Positions 13,866 to 26,845 of a DNA stretch of 64,000 nt are shown here, piece by piece. The DNA is from Vicugna vicugna (taxonomy: Eukaryota), in assembly GCA_013265495.1 (NCBI GenBank), contig MU058206.1, positions 498,001-562,000 of the forward strand. The letters run 5' to 3'. The notes under the pieces were generated by a model. That model worked only from the letters and a program-made list of their open reading frames with translations, searched no databases and was not told the DNA's origin. Every line of letters begins with the position of its first letter. Position 1 is the first letter of the stretch. A program made the position numbers and the translations under genes.

Positions 13866-15095
13866 GGGCCATCCACTCATCTGCACCCAAGAGGATGGAC
13901 TGCTGTCTCTGGGACCGGCCACCATGGTGACCCTCCCCATCCCCCCCAGGTGGGGGGAGGCTCTCCTTGATGACCAGCTTCTGTCTCTGTGGACATTACT
14001 GCGGTGACCCGTCTGTGGTGGCCCCTAAGTGCCAATCTTTGTGTCCATGGTGACCCCTAGTGGTCTCCCTGGGTTCAGTCTCTGTGGACCGTGCCTAAGG
14101 ATTGGGGGATGTCTCCATCCTGATGGGGTGTCCCAGTGATATGTTTCCATGGCAGGCCTCTGCTCTGAGCCCAGAGCTGCCACTTCTCTGCGGGGGTCCT
14201 AGGTCTCCCACACTGCCCCCCACAGCCCTGACCTCCCGAGCGGATGTCCTGGTTTGCCTTATTCCCCTGGCCCTTGCCGGTACCCTGGCCCAGGTCCGGT
14301 GTCAATGTTAGAAAGGGACTGGGTACCCTCCAGATCTCGGGTAGTGAGAGGTCCCTGGCAGGGACCTGGTCCTGTAGTCTCTCCCTCCGCTCTGAGTTTA
14401 AGGTCAAGGTTAGGAGGGAGGGGTCTCTCACCTGGGGCTCACCCCTAAAGCTGAGGAACCTAGGAGGACCCACCCAGAGGTCAGCCGCCCAGCCAAGCTG
14501 CTCAAAGCCCGCAAGTGGCCCCAGCAATGTTTCTGCCACCTCCCAAACCCTTCCCCTGCATGTCTTCACATGCATACACCTGCCTGCCCCAAACCCACCG
14601 GGTCCCCCTAAGTCCAGACCCCAACTCCCACTGTGCCCGGACACACACGTGCTCAGGGTGGCTTCCTCCCTAGAATGTTCTGTGTACATAGCTAGTTTTA
14701 TAGCCCCGAATGCCCCCACCCTTCCCCTTAGCACACAAGGGGTTAAAGTTGTGTGCTCCTCCCAGTGGCTGTAATGGTGACAGTGACATCCACAGTAAAG
14801 AAGAGATCGAATGAGACAGTGGCTTGGCTGCTTTCCTGGGGGAGGGAGATCCACATGTACAAACACACACAGTTTGCAGTCCCTGTGACCAACACAGGAC
14901 GTGCTCCAGGCACCCATCGCAGCTCAGGACACGACACACACATGCCACAGGTACAACAGCGGCCGTCACCATCCATTCAGAACATTTGACAGTGCAGCAC
15001 CCAGTGATCGGCCTGTTGCCCCACGCACACACACTTGGGGCCCAGCCCAGCCCCCAACTGGGGCAGACTGAAAGGTCTCTGGCATATCGTAAGCG

Positions 15096-15101
15096 TTTAT
15101 T
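15096..15101 (-). terminator. Poly(A) signal AATAAA, probable SAMD14 3' end
   Basis: TTTATT on +, ~1.5 kb past the SAMD14 stop codon. Confidence 0.72.
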
Positions 15102-15103
15102 GA

Positions 15104-15109
15104 AATAAA
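15104..15109 (+). terminator. Poly(A) signal AATAAA, probable PDK2 3' end
   Basis: First AATAAA seen on + after the PDK2 stop, giving a ~1.25 kb 3'UTR. Confidence 0.75.
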
Positions 15110-16603
15110 CTGAGTAGTGCCTCCCTCTCCACATGCACGTGGGCACTTAGATAGCTCCTGGTGGCTTCAAGGACCTGGGAGCTTTCCACCCTCCCCACCA
15201 GCCCCTCCTCTGGGCCCAGATGGTGCTGGTGCCCCCATATCTCAGTTCCCCTCTGAAGCCCCTCTCCCAGAACAGACAGTAGAGAGGAAGGAGGAAGGGA
15301 CTGAGACCCAAGGATGGGGTGGCCCTCAGGTCACAGCCCCTGGGCAGGAATGATGAGAATAGGCAGGCACTGGGGCCTGTCCACTGCTCCAGGCAGATGG
15401 GAGGAGGTGGAGGGATGTTTCTCATCAGAGGCCCCCAACCCTACTGGTAATTCCGGCCAGTGCTCTAGAAGGTGGGCTAGCTGCTGGCCAGCACCATACC
15501 TGGATGCTCCCTCCCTACAAGGACAAATGCCATGTCTGCAGGGATAGACTCCACCCCAACCCCTCCTTGAGTCCCACGGACCAGAGCCTGCACTGTCTGC
15601 CAGTTCTGGAGCCCACTGAGGCCCCAGTGGGGACAAGGACAGATGGGAAGGGTGAATGAACTTTTCCAATTTAGTGACTTCCAGGGGACCTCCTAGATTT
15701 TGCCTCTGCCTGGCTAGGGTGAGGATTCACCAGTTCAGTACTGCCTAGTCATTGGTAGGTGGTGTCCTCTGTCCCCATCAGCTCCCACGTTTACTTTGTC
15801 CTCAGGGAGGGGCGCAGGCGGCCTCTGAGGGAGCAACAGAAGTGGGCAGGGCCTGAGAGTGGGTCAAAGACCAGGCTTTGAATGGGCCCTGGGAGGGGCA
15901 GACCTATGGGGTGTCATCTCACCACTGAGACCCACAGGACAGGGAAGGGGAAAAGGAGGAGCTTTTCCTCTTCCCTTCCTTCTAAAGTCCTTGCAGAGAT
16001 AATGTGGGATAACCATGCTGCTTTCTCTGCTCTCCTGTCGAAGAGTGCAGACTAGGAGTCTACCCTGAGTGCAACCAACTTGCCGCAGTGCCCAGCGGCC
16101 TCCCTGGGGAGCAGACCAGAGCTCTCCCAACACCCAGTCACCCTGGAGGGTTGGAAAGGAACTACTTTCTCTACCTGCTCCTGCAGGGATGCTTAGCCTA
16201 CCTCTCTGAGCCCAGGGCCTCTGAAAAGCAAGCAGGCCTCCTAGTTCACTGGCTGCCCCAGCACCACCATGGCCTGAGGGCAGAGGGTCAGAAGGAGTCA
16301 GGTGCCTCTGGGCTTCCAAACTTGATTCTGCCCTGGCTTCTCTGCCCATAATCTGCCACGTCCCCCAGGAACCCTATGCCAAACAGTTCTTTAAATGGGA
16401 TTTATGACTGGGCACTTTCCCTGGGGTCTCCCTTTCTCAGGGACCTGGGTCCAGACAGATGACAGGGTGAGAGGGCGTGTTCCTCCTGAGAGCAAGGGGC
16501 CTGACCAGCCCAAGCCTGGTGCCCTGGCCCCGCCTCCCGGGGTGGCCTGTGCCCGTGGGGCCCAACAGCTGCCCGTGCCAGGTGCCAGCGCCGCCCCACC
16601 CCC

Positions 16604-16759
16604 CTAGCTCTTCTTGGCCTCCTGCTCCCTGCGCCGGAGCTTCTCACGCTGCCGCGCAGCCTTCTCCTGGGCCTTGCGCTCCTTCTCAGCGGCCGCCGCC
16701 AGCTCCTTCAACTTCCGCTTCACTAGCGCCCGGTCATGCGAGTTGCTGAGCCCCAGGCT
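16604..16759 (-). CDS. SAMD14: SAMD14 last coding exon
   Basis: SLGLSNSHDRALVKRKLKELAAAAEKERKAQEKAARQREKLRRREQEAKKS*. Confidence 0.94.
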   Translation of the reverse strand, partial: SLGLSNSHDRALVKRKLKELAAAAEKERKAQEKAARQREKLRRREQEAKKS

Positions 16760-19700
16760 CTGGGGGAGGAATCCAAGAGTGAGGGAAAGAACCCCAAGCC
16801 CCCTGGCCAGCCCAAGGTGGCCCAGGTGGATTCTGGAGCTCAGCCAGGTTGCCACCTCCCAGACTCACTGACGGATCAGAGCCCTCAGGGCAGGAATTTG
16901 GAATGGGAGTGGTTAGGAGAGATAAGGATGGAGGGTTCCAGGCCCTTTGCCCCTCCCCTTCCTCTACTCAGGATTTCAGCCTTAGTGTGACCCTGCCTGA
17001 CCCCCTGAGACCCAGAGATGGGGAGCAACGTGCCCAAGGACACACAGCTAGTCAGTGGCAAAGGCCCCTCCCCACTCCGGAGACTTCCTGGGAGACCCTC
17101 ACAACTGCTTCCCCAAACAACTCAGCAGAAGGTGCAGAACAGGCCAGAAACCTCCCAGCAGAGATCAGCACACCCCCAGCACCACCACCCCGCACACTTC
17201 CCTCCCACAACCACCAGCCTCCAAGACTGAGAACCAGATGAGCTGACCAGGGGAAACTCCTTAAGAGTCGAGAGTCAGAGGATATGATAGTCTGAGAGGT
17301 CAAGGTTAACCTGGAGACTTGGGCTGGAGCTTGAAAGTCAAACTGAAGAATCTGGCTGGGGTCACACTGGGGGCTCCAAGTTAGACTCGGGGGCCCATCA
17401 GAGAGCAAAGATCAGGCCAAGGGCCTTGCCTAGAGGTCAGAGGTCAGGGCAGTGGTCTTAGAGGGAGCAGAAAGGTCAGGATGAGGGGATCCCAATCCTT
17501 GAAGTTTGCCTCAGGCTCCGGCTGCATCGGGGCCATTCCACTCAGACCCACCTTAAGTTTGCTTCCATCCAGCTGCAGTAGCTGCGGCCCATCCACCTGC
17601 CGCGCAGCAAACTCAGCGGCATACTGCTCCAGGTTGAGGCTGTGCAGCCACTGGCCTACCTGCTGACTGGTCCAGTGGTAGACAGTGGGGAGAGGTTCAT
17701 CCAGGAACTGGGATGGAGACCAAGGAGAGTGAGCGGGAAAGACGTGGCCTGTGCCCTCATACCTGGCAGAGTCAGAGGTCAGGGCTTGCTTACCTCATCC
17801 GAAGACTGGGACAGTGTGTGGTAGGGGTAGGAACACTTGGTCGCCTGCCGGGGACCACTGGGGATCTTGGGGCTGCTGCTGGGGGGTGTGGAGTCATCAC
17901 TCAGGGTGGATTCCTAGAAGGGAAGGGAGTGCATGCCTCTGAGGAGAGCACTCACCTCCAAGCCCAAAGAAGTCACCCTTGACCCGCCACCCTCATCCAG
18001 ATGGAGTTGATGTCCAGGCTCGGCACCAGGCTCAGTGCCCCTGTGCACGAACCAGGAACTGGAGGACACGATTCATGGGAGGCATCAGGGTCTGAGGCCT
18101 CAGGGAGGATGTGGGGCTAGAACTGAGCCAGGCAGAGTAGTTAGCGGGAATGGAGGAGGTCAGACTAGGTATCGCTTCCTAGATAGCTGACCGGGGTTCC
18201 CCAGGCAGGGTCAGATGTCCCTGTCTTGCACCTCCCCAGTGTGGCCTCTAGCACCCTGAACTGTAAATGCCTGGTTAGAAGTCCTTGTCCTCACTGGACT
18301 GTGAGCTCTACAAGGGCCTGGGCTGTGTCTGTTCACCATGGTATCCCCAGGGCCCAGCCCAAGGGAAAGAAGAAAAAGGGAGAGGTGGAAGGAGGGCATG
18401 GGAGGAGGGATCCCCTTCTCCCCTGAGTTCCCAGCTTTCTGATCTCCTCTGCCCCTGCGGCACGAGTAACAGAACGACAACAAGTGCAGGCTGAAGGACA
18501 TAGGGCCTGGCACTTAAATCCAGTTCGGTCTGTGGACAAATCCCTTTTCTCTGGACCTGGATTTGCTCATCTGTACAGTGGGGGCGAGCATGCCTGCCCT
18601 CCCTACTTCACTAAGCCTTTGTGAGAGTAAAGCAAAAACACGCATTTGGAGCTTTGTAGACCGTGGAGCCTGGTGAACAGAAGCAGATGCTCACTGTTGC
18701 TTCTGTTACGTGGCCTCATTTCTCCCAGAGGGTTGTGAGCTTTCTGAGCACTAGCTAAGTTGGGGTCCTGTTCACCTCTGTTTCCCCCAAGCCTCACTGC
18801 ATGTATGTAGCTCAGCTCCTAAGACAGGACGTGGGGCTAGAACTGAGCCAAGCAGAAGAGTTAGCAGGAAGACAGGAGCCCCCAGGCTGCATGTATAGTA
18901 GGGATGATGGTGCTCAGTGATGTGTGTGGAATGGAAGCAATGAATGAACCACAGCATATGAATGAGTGAGCAAGTGAGTGTATGAACTCAAGAGACTGGA
19001 TGAATTAACGAATCGCTGAATGGCTCCATGGATGGACAAATGGACTCCAGGGATGCCTGGTCGCAGCCCAAGCTGGGGTGAAGTATGCTGTCAAGCCACC
19101 TGAGTCGGGGGGCCCGTATGGGGGCTAGAAGGCCATGGACTCACCTGAGAAGCTGACTTCTTAGGGCTGAAGCCCTCGTGTTTAGGGGAGCAGGCCGGGG
19201 AGGTGGTGCTGCCAGAGGACGCGGAGCCCTTGCCACTGTCTGTGAACCAGGAAAAGGGCAGGAACGGGGAGCCCCCTGATCTGCTGGACCCCTCCACCGA
19301 CTCCCTGTGGAGAGAGCACCCTGTGTGAGTGTGGACACCAAGGCGACAGCCAGGGCCCACAGGGAGCCATGGGCAGAAGCTACAGCTGAGGGGCTGTGGG
19401 TGCCTCTTACCTGCTGCCCATGGACAAGCGGTTGCTGCCCTTCTCCTTCCGGCTCTTGCTAGTGGATGCTCGGCGTAAGGTGACCCTGTGGAAAGGGCAA
19501 GAGGGAGGGGGACAGTGCTGCCCCCTGTGCTACCCCCATTCCCAAGCCTTTTGTTCTGGCCCCTCCTCCACTCACCCCAGGTCCAGGAATTTTCGGCGAG
19601 TCTTCTTATCCAAGCCAATGGTAGGGCTGGCGGGCTCAGGTGGGCTGGCATCCCGGCTGTCATCTTTTGAGGAAGAGAAGGAAGGAAATAGCCCATGTGG

Positions 19701-22700
19701 TGGCTTGTCTGCCTCCTTCAGCTGCCAGTGAGGTGGTAGAAATTCTCTAGACTTAGAATCAGGCAACCTGGCTCTGGCGCCCTCCACTAGCTGTGTGATC
19801 TAGGACAAGTCATCACCTCTCTGAGCTTCCTGCATCTCAAACATGGGGATAGTAACTGCCTATTTCATGGAACCTAATAGGATGTTGATGAAAGCCTTAT
19901 ACAAAGCATAAACCACTCTGAAAAAGGAGGGACCACTACTCCACTGTTAATTTTATCATGGCCAACTTTTAACCAATCTTCCAATCATGGCTCCCATGTC
20001 ACATCCTCAGAGAAGCCTTCCAGGATGCTCCCAACTGGTTGCTTTCACCCTGATACATGCTCTCCCGCCCTGCGCACTGTTTCTCGCGTAGCACTTATTA
20101 CACCTTGTAAACATACATTTAATTAAGGGATAAATTGGTTTCTTCCCCCTCTAAACTATAAGAAATTAGTTGCTTCTTCCCATGAGGACGAGGACTGCAT
20201 CTGCTTGCTCTTTTGTGTGTCCCAGTGTGCAGCAGTGTCTGGCACCTTTTAAGGCGCTCAGGAAACGAGTGAATGAACCGTGGCCTTCCCCCACCCTCCC
20301 CCAAGCCACCCTGTCCCTCGGGTCGGCCATGCGTGCGCTCCGGCGCCCACCCGACCGCTTGCCGGCAGGGGGCGCTGCGCCGGCCGCCGCTCACCTTCGC
20401 TGTGCGGCTCGGCGCGGGGGTGGCGGCGCGCGAAGCTGGGCGAGCTGTCGGACGAGGGCGCCGAGCGTGGCGGCGAGCACGAGGCGGCGGCCAGGCCCTC
20501 ATGCGAGGCGGCGTTGTGCAGGGGCCGGTAGCGTGTGCGCGGCGAGGGCGGCTCGTCCTCGTCCAGGCTGCGCCGCAACCCGGGAGGCTCCAGACAGAAG
20601 GAGCCCCCTGCCGGGGACCCTGGGCTCGAATGCAAAGGCGAGCGCAGCCGGTGCAGAGGGCTCCCGCAGCCGTCGGTCACCTGGGCGAGGGGCAGCTGCT
20701 CACCGCCAACCCTCCTCCCCTTTCCCCCTAGGGGAGCCGGGACTCCTAGGTCCTTCTGGGGCCTGGAGGGAGGGTTTCTTCTTGGATCCCGCCTCCTTCA
20801 CTTACTAACTGTGTGACTTTGTTAGTGAACCTCTCAGAGCCTCAGTTTCCTCATCTGGAAGATGGGGGATAATACCTTCCTTGAGAAGATGAAATTAGCC
20901 AGAAGTGAACTGCAGCTAACATTTTTTAGCCTTATTATGTCGGAAGTCTGGGGGTGTGGTTTCCCCGGAATAGTGGTTTGAAGGGATTATCCAGGGGCAA
21001 GAAGGGTGGGTGGGGTATGTGGATGTGAGTGGATTGCCCCAACCTTGCCTCCGGGCCCATCGGAGCCTTCACCATCCTCTGCAGAGCTGGCACTGTCCCG
21101 AAGCCTCGAGCGGGAGGGCCGGTGTCTCCGGCCCTTGGCCAGTAGTTGGGCCCGGGCCTTGTGTAAACTGCTGTCCAGTCTGACGGTCTCTGGTACAGCC
21201 AAGTCCAGGTCTGCAAACCGGGGGAGTGGGGCAGAGACCAGACACATGAGGACAGCAAGCCCAGAGGCCCACCTCAAAGGCCACCTGCACTCACACCCAG
21301 ACATTCAACAAATGTCTCTGAGTGCTGGGCACTGGGAGTACAGATGAGATGGAAAACCAGGTCTCTAACAGTCTCCTGGGGAGCTGGACACGTCTGCTCA
21401 TATACACAGCAGCGTGATGGAACCTCTCATAGGCACAGAGGAGGACAGGGCGGCTCTGTTTGGATGAGTTGAAGGAAGAACCACCAAAACTGGGTCTTAA
21501 GGTCTGGACGGGAGTTTATAAGAAGAGGTTGGCAAGACTGGTACATGACATGCTGGGAAGTAGGGAGGCTGGGGGCAGGGGCGGGGCACCTCCAGGGCAA
21601 TGGGAGGGCAGGTTTGTGGAGGGAAGAACAGGAGAATGAGACCTGAGAGAGCACGGTCATCATGGCTACTGGTGAAGAAGTGTCAAGTACACACCAGAAT
21701 GTACATACATCACCTCGTCTACTCAAAACAGCCCCTGGACTAGGGACAGCTATTACACACATTTTACAGTGGAGCAAACTGAGGGTCAGAGAGCAGTGGT
21801 CCAGGATTTGAGCCTGGCTAGTCTAGCTTCACGGTCGCACTGAGACAGCACTGCTGAGCATCTAGAGTGCTCACGGTTGAACTGGAGCAGAGGGACCCCC
21901 CCCCCACAAGCCAGTGGCAGCAGCAGAGAGGAAAGCCCACAGACCCCGAAGCCTGTCTCTCCCACCCTGGGTTCCGTGGCCCAGGGCTAGGTCCTGGATG
22001 AGGACAGGGAGGAAGAATATGCAAACCTAACGGATCATGCCTAAACCCTATAGAGTCATTTGCTCCACCTGAGAACTCAGCCTTCGCTTTGCAGTGTCCC
22101 TGAGCTTGCCACTGGGAGCCTCCAGGCAGAAAGGTTTCTTCCCAGACCTTAGCATGGGTTGAGACCTTTCTTCACCACTCTGTCCACCATGATCTCAGGG
22201 ACGCCACCCCAAAAGTCATGCCCGCCCTGCTTTGCCTGCTCCTCTTTCTCTTGTCTGCAGACACCCTCTAAGCCATCCCAGTGGCTGGACTACCACCCAT
22301 GTCTATTTCCAGCCTGATCCCTCCCCTGAACTCCAAGCCTGGGCACCTCAGCACCTGCCAGGGAACTTGCCATGTCAAAAGCACCCAGGCACCGCAAACT
22401 CAGCCTATCAAACAAACCCACCAACTTACCTCAAATGGATTCTCCATCCCCTGGCTCAGTGAAAGGCCCCTGTCCACCCAGTCACCCCTCTCAGACAGCT
22501 CTGAGCTACCTTTCCCTCAGACCAGACCCGGTTGGTAATTCATGCATCCATCTGCCTATGTGACACCCCTACTTGGATGTCCAATTGGCATCTTCAACCC
22601 AGATGTAAAAATTGGACCTCTGCACTCCCCAAGCTGCTCTTCCCAGTCTGCCCCTCTCAGTGAATGGCAGCTCCATCCTTCCAGCTGCTCAGGTCAGACC

Positions 22701-25525
22701 CCTGAAGTCACCCTTGACTCCTCCCCTCCCCTCCCACCCTACAAACTGATCCACCCACAATTCCTGTTAGTTCTACTGTGGAAATATATCTAGACATACT
22801 GAAATATTTATGGTGAAATGACACGATGTTTTGGATTAGGTTCAAAATAATCCAGAAGACTAGGAAGGGGATATAGATGAAATGAGACTATCCATGAGTT
22901 GACGATTGTTGAGGTTGGGTGATGAGTACATGGGCGTATGATCGAGTACATTGTGCTAGTCTCTCTGCTTTTGATTTCCCACAATAAAACACTGTTTACA
23001 GGTGTCTGTGTACACACGCTTACATACATGCATACATGTGGGGAGAAAGAGGAAGGGAGGGGAGAGGGAGAACTCACAGCACCCCTGGTCTAGGTCACCA
23101 TCACCTCTTGCCTCGATTATTACAAATCCTCCCAGTGAGTCTTCCCTCTGCCTCCCTTTCCCATTTACAGTCTATTTTCAACACAGCAGCCAGAGTGATC
23201 CTGATAAAACATGGCAGCTTGTGTCACTCCTCTGCTCAGAACCCTCCAGTGACTTCCATCTCACACAGAGCAAGAAGCCTCCAGACTCAGGCTGCTCGGT
23301 GACTCTCCCCGACTCTCCTCATCTTGCTTCCTCCACTCCAGCTACCCTGGCCTCCAGGCTCTTCACACAAGCCCATCCTGCGCCTCAGGCCCTTTGCATT
23401 TCCTGCAAGGCCCTTGGCACAGAATTCTGCATGGTTCTCTCTCTCACCTCCTTCAAGTCTTTGCTTAAAGGCTTCCTCTCATCAAGGACTCCCCTGACCC
23501 CTCAATTTAAATACCCCCAGAACCCCCACTGCTAATTTTTTCCTGTATCATTTATCATTCTCTAGCATACCATTTATTTTACTTATTTAATTTATTGTCT
23601 CTCTCCATCCATTAGAATGTCAGCTACAGGAAGGCAGAGTTTTGTCTATTTTGTTCATTGCTCTAACATAGGCATCAAATAGTGTGTGTGTGAAAGAGAC
23701 TGTGTGTGCATGAGTGTTATAAATGCTTTACAACTACTATTTCATTGAAAACTACCCCCAACCCAAGGAGGAAGAGACCCCGGGAATCCCCAGGGCAGCC
23801 TGAATTTCCCTGAAGGTCTATGAAGAGCAGGCCAGGGTTATAGGGAGTCTGGCTCCGAGACTTGGTGTGTAACTAACCAAGCTCGCTCTACTGCCTCTGA
23901 GGCAGAGGTGGGAGTGACATGTGAGTCCAAACTCTTATTTTACAGATGGGGAAACTGAGGCTCAGAAAGGGAAGTTTGGCCCAGAGTTCAAAGGGACTCA
24001 AGGACAGCAGGCAGGTCTCCTGGCCAGAGCTCTCGCTGCTCAGGGGGGCGCGGCGGAGGGTGAAATGATGGGCACCCTCTACCCGTCCAGCACCGGGCTG
24101 GTGCCCAGCCACTGGGGCCAGGGGGAAGGGCCCTTTGCACCTGGATCTGGGCTACATCAAGACCATGGTCTTACCTTGAGGGGCTAGGGAGCAAAGGGAC
24201 TCCTAAGTGGCTTGGGGGATTTTCATGCAAAGTGGGGCCAGCCTCTCCTCCAGTCCCTTGCTCTACTGGGCCCCCCTCACCTCCTTTCATCCCTCTCTCC
24301 CTCCATCTCTCTCCCATCTCTCTTTCCCACTGGGAGTTAGCCCGGCCCTGGGCAGTGGGGAGCCATGAATATTTAATTGTCTTTCTCTTCAGGAAGCAGG
24401 CCAGGCGAGCTGCTACCTCAGCAGGTCCAGGAGAAGGAAAACAGGAAGGTTTGGGGTGTTGGGTGAGGGGATTGGAAGCTGAAAAGCCCAAGGATGGGGT
24501 AGCTCACCTCTGTCAGGCCAGGGGTCAGGCTGGGCCTGGATGAGGTTGGAGAGACTCAGCATCTGAGGCCCAGAGGCAGTTCAAGGCTGGGGGAGTCCCC
24601 AAGGCAAACCCTTCACTCCACAGGCCCCAGGGAGGCCAGGGAAAGCAGCGTTCCCCAGGAGCCGGGAGGGGGAGGCCACAGTTCCAGGCATTGCCAGGGC
24701 TTGTGGCTGTCACAAGGGAGAATGGGGTGAGCAGGGAAGGGGGAGGAGGAGAGGGTAAGGAAGGTGGAGATGAGAAGGCTGGGGAGAAGAAGCTGGGGGC
24801 CCCATGGCATTCGGCACATAGGAGCCCCTCCCGGTTGAGTTCTAAAGCCTGCACACACAATACCAGCTTTCTGTCTCCACCTCTCCCTCATGTTCCTCCC
24901 TATTCTTTTGCCCACTGACTCCTCCACCAAATCCAGCCAGGAAACAGCCTTTCCACCCCAGTGCATGCTGGGAACTCTGCCCCATCAGTGGTCTTTCTCT
25001 AGTCCACACAACAGAAAGACTGCAGCGGGTAAGTGATGGTGCAGGAGGTGTGTCCATGCACCCCAGTGTGTACAGAGGGTCAGCCTAGGGGTGCTGACGC
25101 TGAGTGTGTGTTATGCATTTTTTATTTTCTTGCACGCTCATCACTGCAAGGTAAGTTCCCTTATTTATGTGACTTGGAGGTAATGTGTGTCAGCTGTGCT
25201 AGGGGATCCAGGTGTGCACCACAGTGACTGTGAGCAGGGAGGTAGGCAGTTGGGATTTCTAGTCCTCGCTCTGCCATTAACCTGCCCTGTAACCTTTAAA
25301 GCAAAGTCATTTCCACACTGTGTCCTAGGCTCACTGTCTGCAAAATGGGCACACTTCTTAGCAGTATTGTGAGGGTTAAATAATGCAGCACATGTGAGAA
25401 GGGGGCGCTAGCCTGGTAGCTGGCCTGAGACAGGCACTTGATAATGGGCACCCTTATTATTATTGTTGTAGTTGGATATCACTCAGACAGTGGTGACAAA
25501 GAAGGCCACAATACACACACACACA

Positions 25526-25559
<34 letters not shown>

Positions 25560-25676
25560 GAGAAGACTCCAAGGGGCTCCTCCCTCCCAATGCCCAATAG
25601 CCTTGGCTAAAGATAGAGCCAAACTGAACTTACCAAAAACCTCATCCGCAGGTTCTCGGAGCTTTGAAGAAGCCAT
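16604..25676 (-). CDS. SAMD14: Sterile alpha motif domain-containing protein 14 (416 aa)
   Basis: Coding exons 25676-25634, 21210-21044, 20680-20395, 19663-19576, 19485-19411, 19304-19145, 17913-17794, 17707-17552, 16759-16604 total 1251 nt. All introns are GT-AG and phases are consistent. Begins MASSKLREPADEVF; has SAM domain WTSQQVGQWLHSLNLEQYAAEF; ends EQEAKKS*. Confidence 0.95.
17552..17707 (-). CDS. SAMD14: SAMD14 exon 9 (SAM domain)
   Basis: FLDEPLPTVYHWTSQQVGQWLHSLNLEQYAAEFAARQVDGPQLLQLDGSKLK. Confidence 0.94.
17794..17913 (-). CDS. SAMD14: SAMD14 exon 8
   Basis: ESTLSDDSTPPSSSPKIPSGPRQATKCSYPYHTLSQSSDE|gtaagc. Confidence 0.93.
19145..19304 (-). CDS. SAMD14: SAMD14 exon 7
   Basis: ESVEGSSRSGGSPFLPFSWFTDSGKG...KKSASQ|gtgagt. 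Confidence 0.93.
19411..19485 (-). CDS. SAMD14: SAMD14 exon 6
   Basis: VTLRRASTSKSRKEKGSNRLSMGSR read by hand; AG|gtaaga. Confidence 0.92.
19576..19663 (-). CDS. SAMD14: SAMD14 exon 5
   Basis: DDSRDASPPEPASPTIGLDKKTRRKFLDLG. Confidence 0.93.
20362..20375 (+). promoter_or_regulatory. CTCF motif
   Basis: CCGGCAGGGGGCGC. Confidence 0.55.
20395..20680 (-). CDS. SAMD14: SAMD14 exon 4
   Basis: VTDGCGSPLHRLRSP...RRHPRAEPHSE; AG/GT boundaries; lies in a CpG-rich patch. Confidence 0.94.
21044..21210 (-). CDS. SAMD14: SAMD14 exon 3
   Basis: DLDLAVPETVRLDSSLHKARAQLLAKGRRHRPSRSRLRDSASSAEDGEGSDGPGGK. Confidence 0.94.
23100..23670. mobile_element. L2 LINE fragment
   Basis: L2 hallmarks acagcagccagagtgatc and ttagaatgtcagct...ttttgttcattg. 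Confidence 0.6.
25513..25559. repeat. (CA)n microsatellite
   Basis: Visible; others at 30158-30186, 45452-45500, 53533-53570 and 62087-62162. Confidence 0.9.
25634..25676 (-). CDS. SAMD14: SAMD14 first coding exon (exon begins at 25688, 12-nt UTR part)
   Basis: MASSKLREPADEVF then G|gtaagt; acceptor cag|CTCTCTTGAGTCATG. Confidence 0.92.
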
Positions 25677-26512
25677 GACTCAAGAGAGCTGAAGAGGACA
25701 AGGGAAGAGAGAAAAAGACCTGGATAAGAGGTTCCATTTGGTGGAGGGAGGCAAGGGAGGTGCCGATGACCACCAGCTCTGGGCCTTCTGGCCTCTCATC
25801 TTCCCTTACAACTCTCCCTCTGGCCCCTGGAAGAGAAGTCATCTGGACCATACCGCTGATGTGGGGTTGGGGCAGGAGGCAGCAACAGAAGGGTAGGGGC
25901 AGAAGCAAGTCCAGGGTGTAGACACAGGCTGAGTCCTGTGGTTCAGGTTCAAGCTGATTTGCTCCACATGGGTCATGGAACTTCCCCCTTCACTGTCTTG
26001 GGCCTTTCCATCATTAACATTCCCTAAAACTTTTAATCATCATAAATTGTCCAACATCAAATTTGGGAGAAAACTTGGAGATGATTAAATCCAATCTTCT
26101 CATTTTATAAATAAAGAAGCAGATGAGAGAATGACTGACCTAACTTCACATAACAAGTTAATGGTAAAATCTGAATCAGAACCCAGTCTCTTCCATCTGC
26201 TCATCTATCTCCCTCCCTCCTTATCCATGCATCTACTTGGCCATTCACCCATCCATTCATTCGCCCATTCATCATCCATCCAGCCAACCATCTATCTTTC
26301 CAACCACCCATCCAGCCAACACCCAGCCGCACCCAACCATCCACCCATTTTTACATCCATCAGTTTATACCATCCATCCATCCATCTTCCCATCCATCAC
26401 CCAGTCCTGCCTCCCCCAACTCCCATCACTGTTGTGCTCACCACCTGCCTTCCTGAACATGAGCTGTTCAGGAAGCTGGCATCATCAGCAGGGCCACTGT
26501 TTTCTTGACAAA

Positions 26513-26551
26513 CTCACAGTTCTCACAGTTCTCACAGTTCTCACAGTTCTC
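26513..26551. repeat. (CTCACAGTT)x4 minisatellite
   Basis: Four exact 9-bp units. Confidence 0.9.
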
Positions 26552-26845
26552 GACAGACTCGCAGATGCAGAAGGGTATGAGAAGTACTCACAGTAGAACA
26601 GTGGACAGCCAAATCTCTGTGATGCGTCAAATTTGTTCTGAGAAGACGTATGGATGGGTAGGGGGTTTGTTTTGTTTTGTTTGTGGGAAACAAGAAAGGA
26701 AGGGCAGGTGGAGAAGCAGGATAGATGTAGCTGAAACAATTCGGGCAGACTTCCTAGCAGATGTAGGATTGCAGCATCCTTAAACCAAGGCCTGGGGGTT
26801 AGAGGGGCACACTGCAAGGATGGGACATGATCTCTAATTACTTCT

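Noticed and set aside
14075..14917. 280-aa minus-strand ORF over the PDK2 3'UTR
   Set aside because: No homology recognised; lies beyond the SAMD14 poly(A) signal
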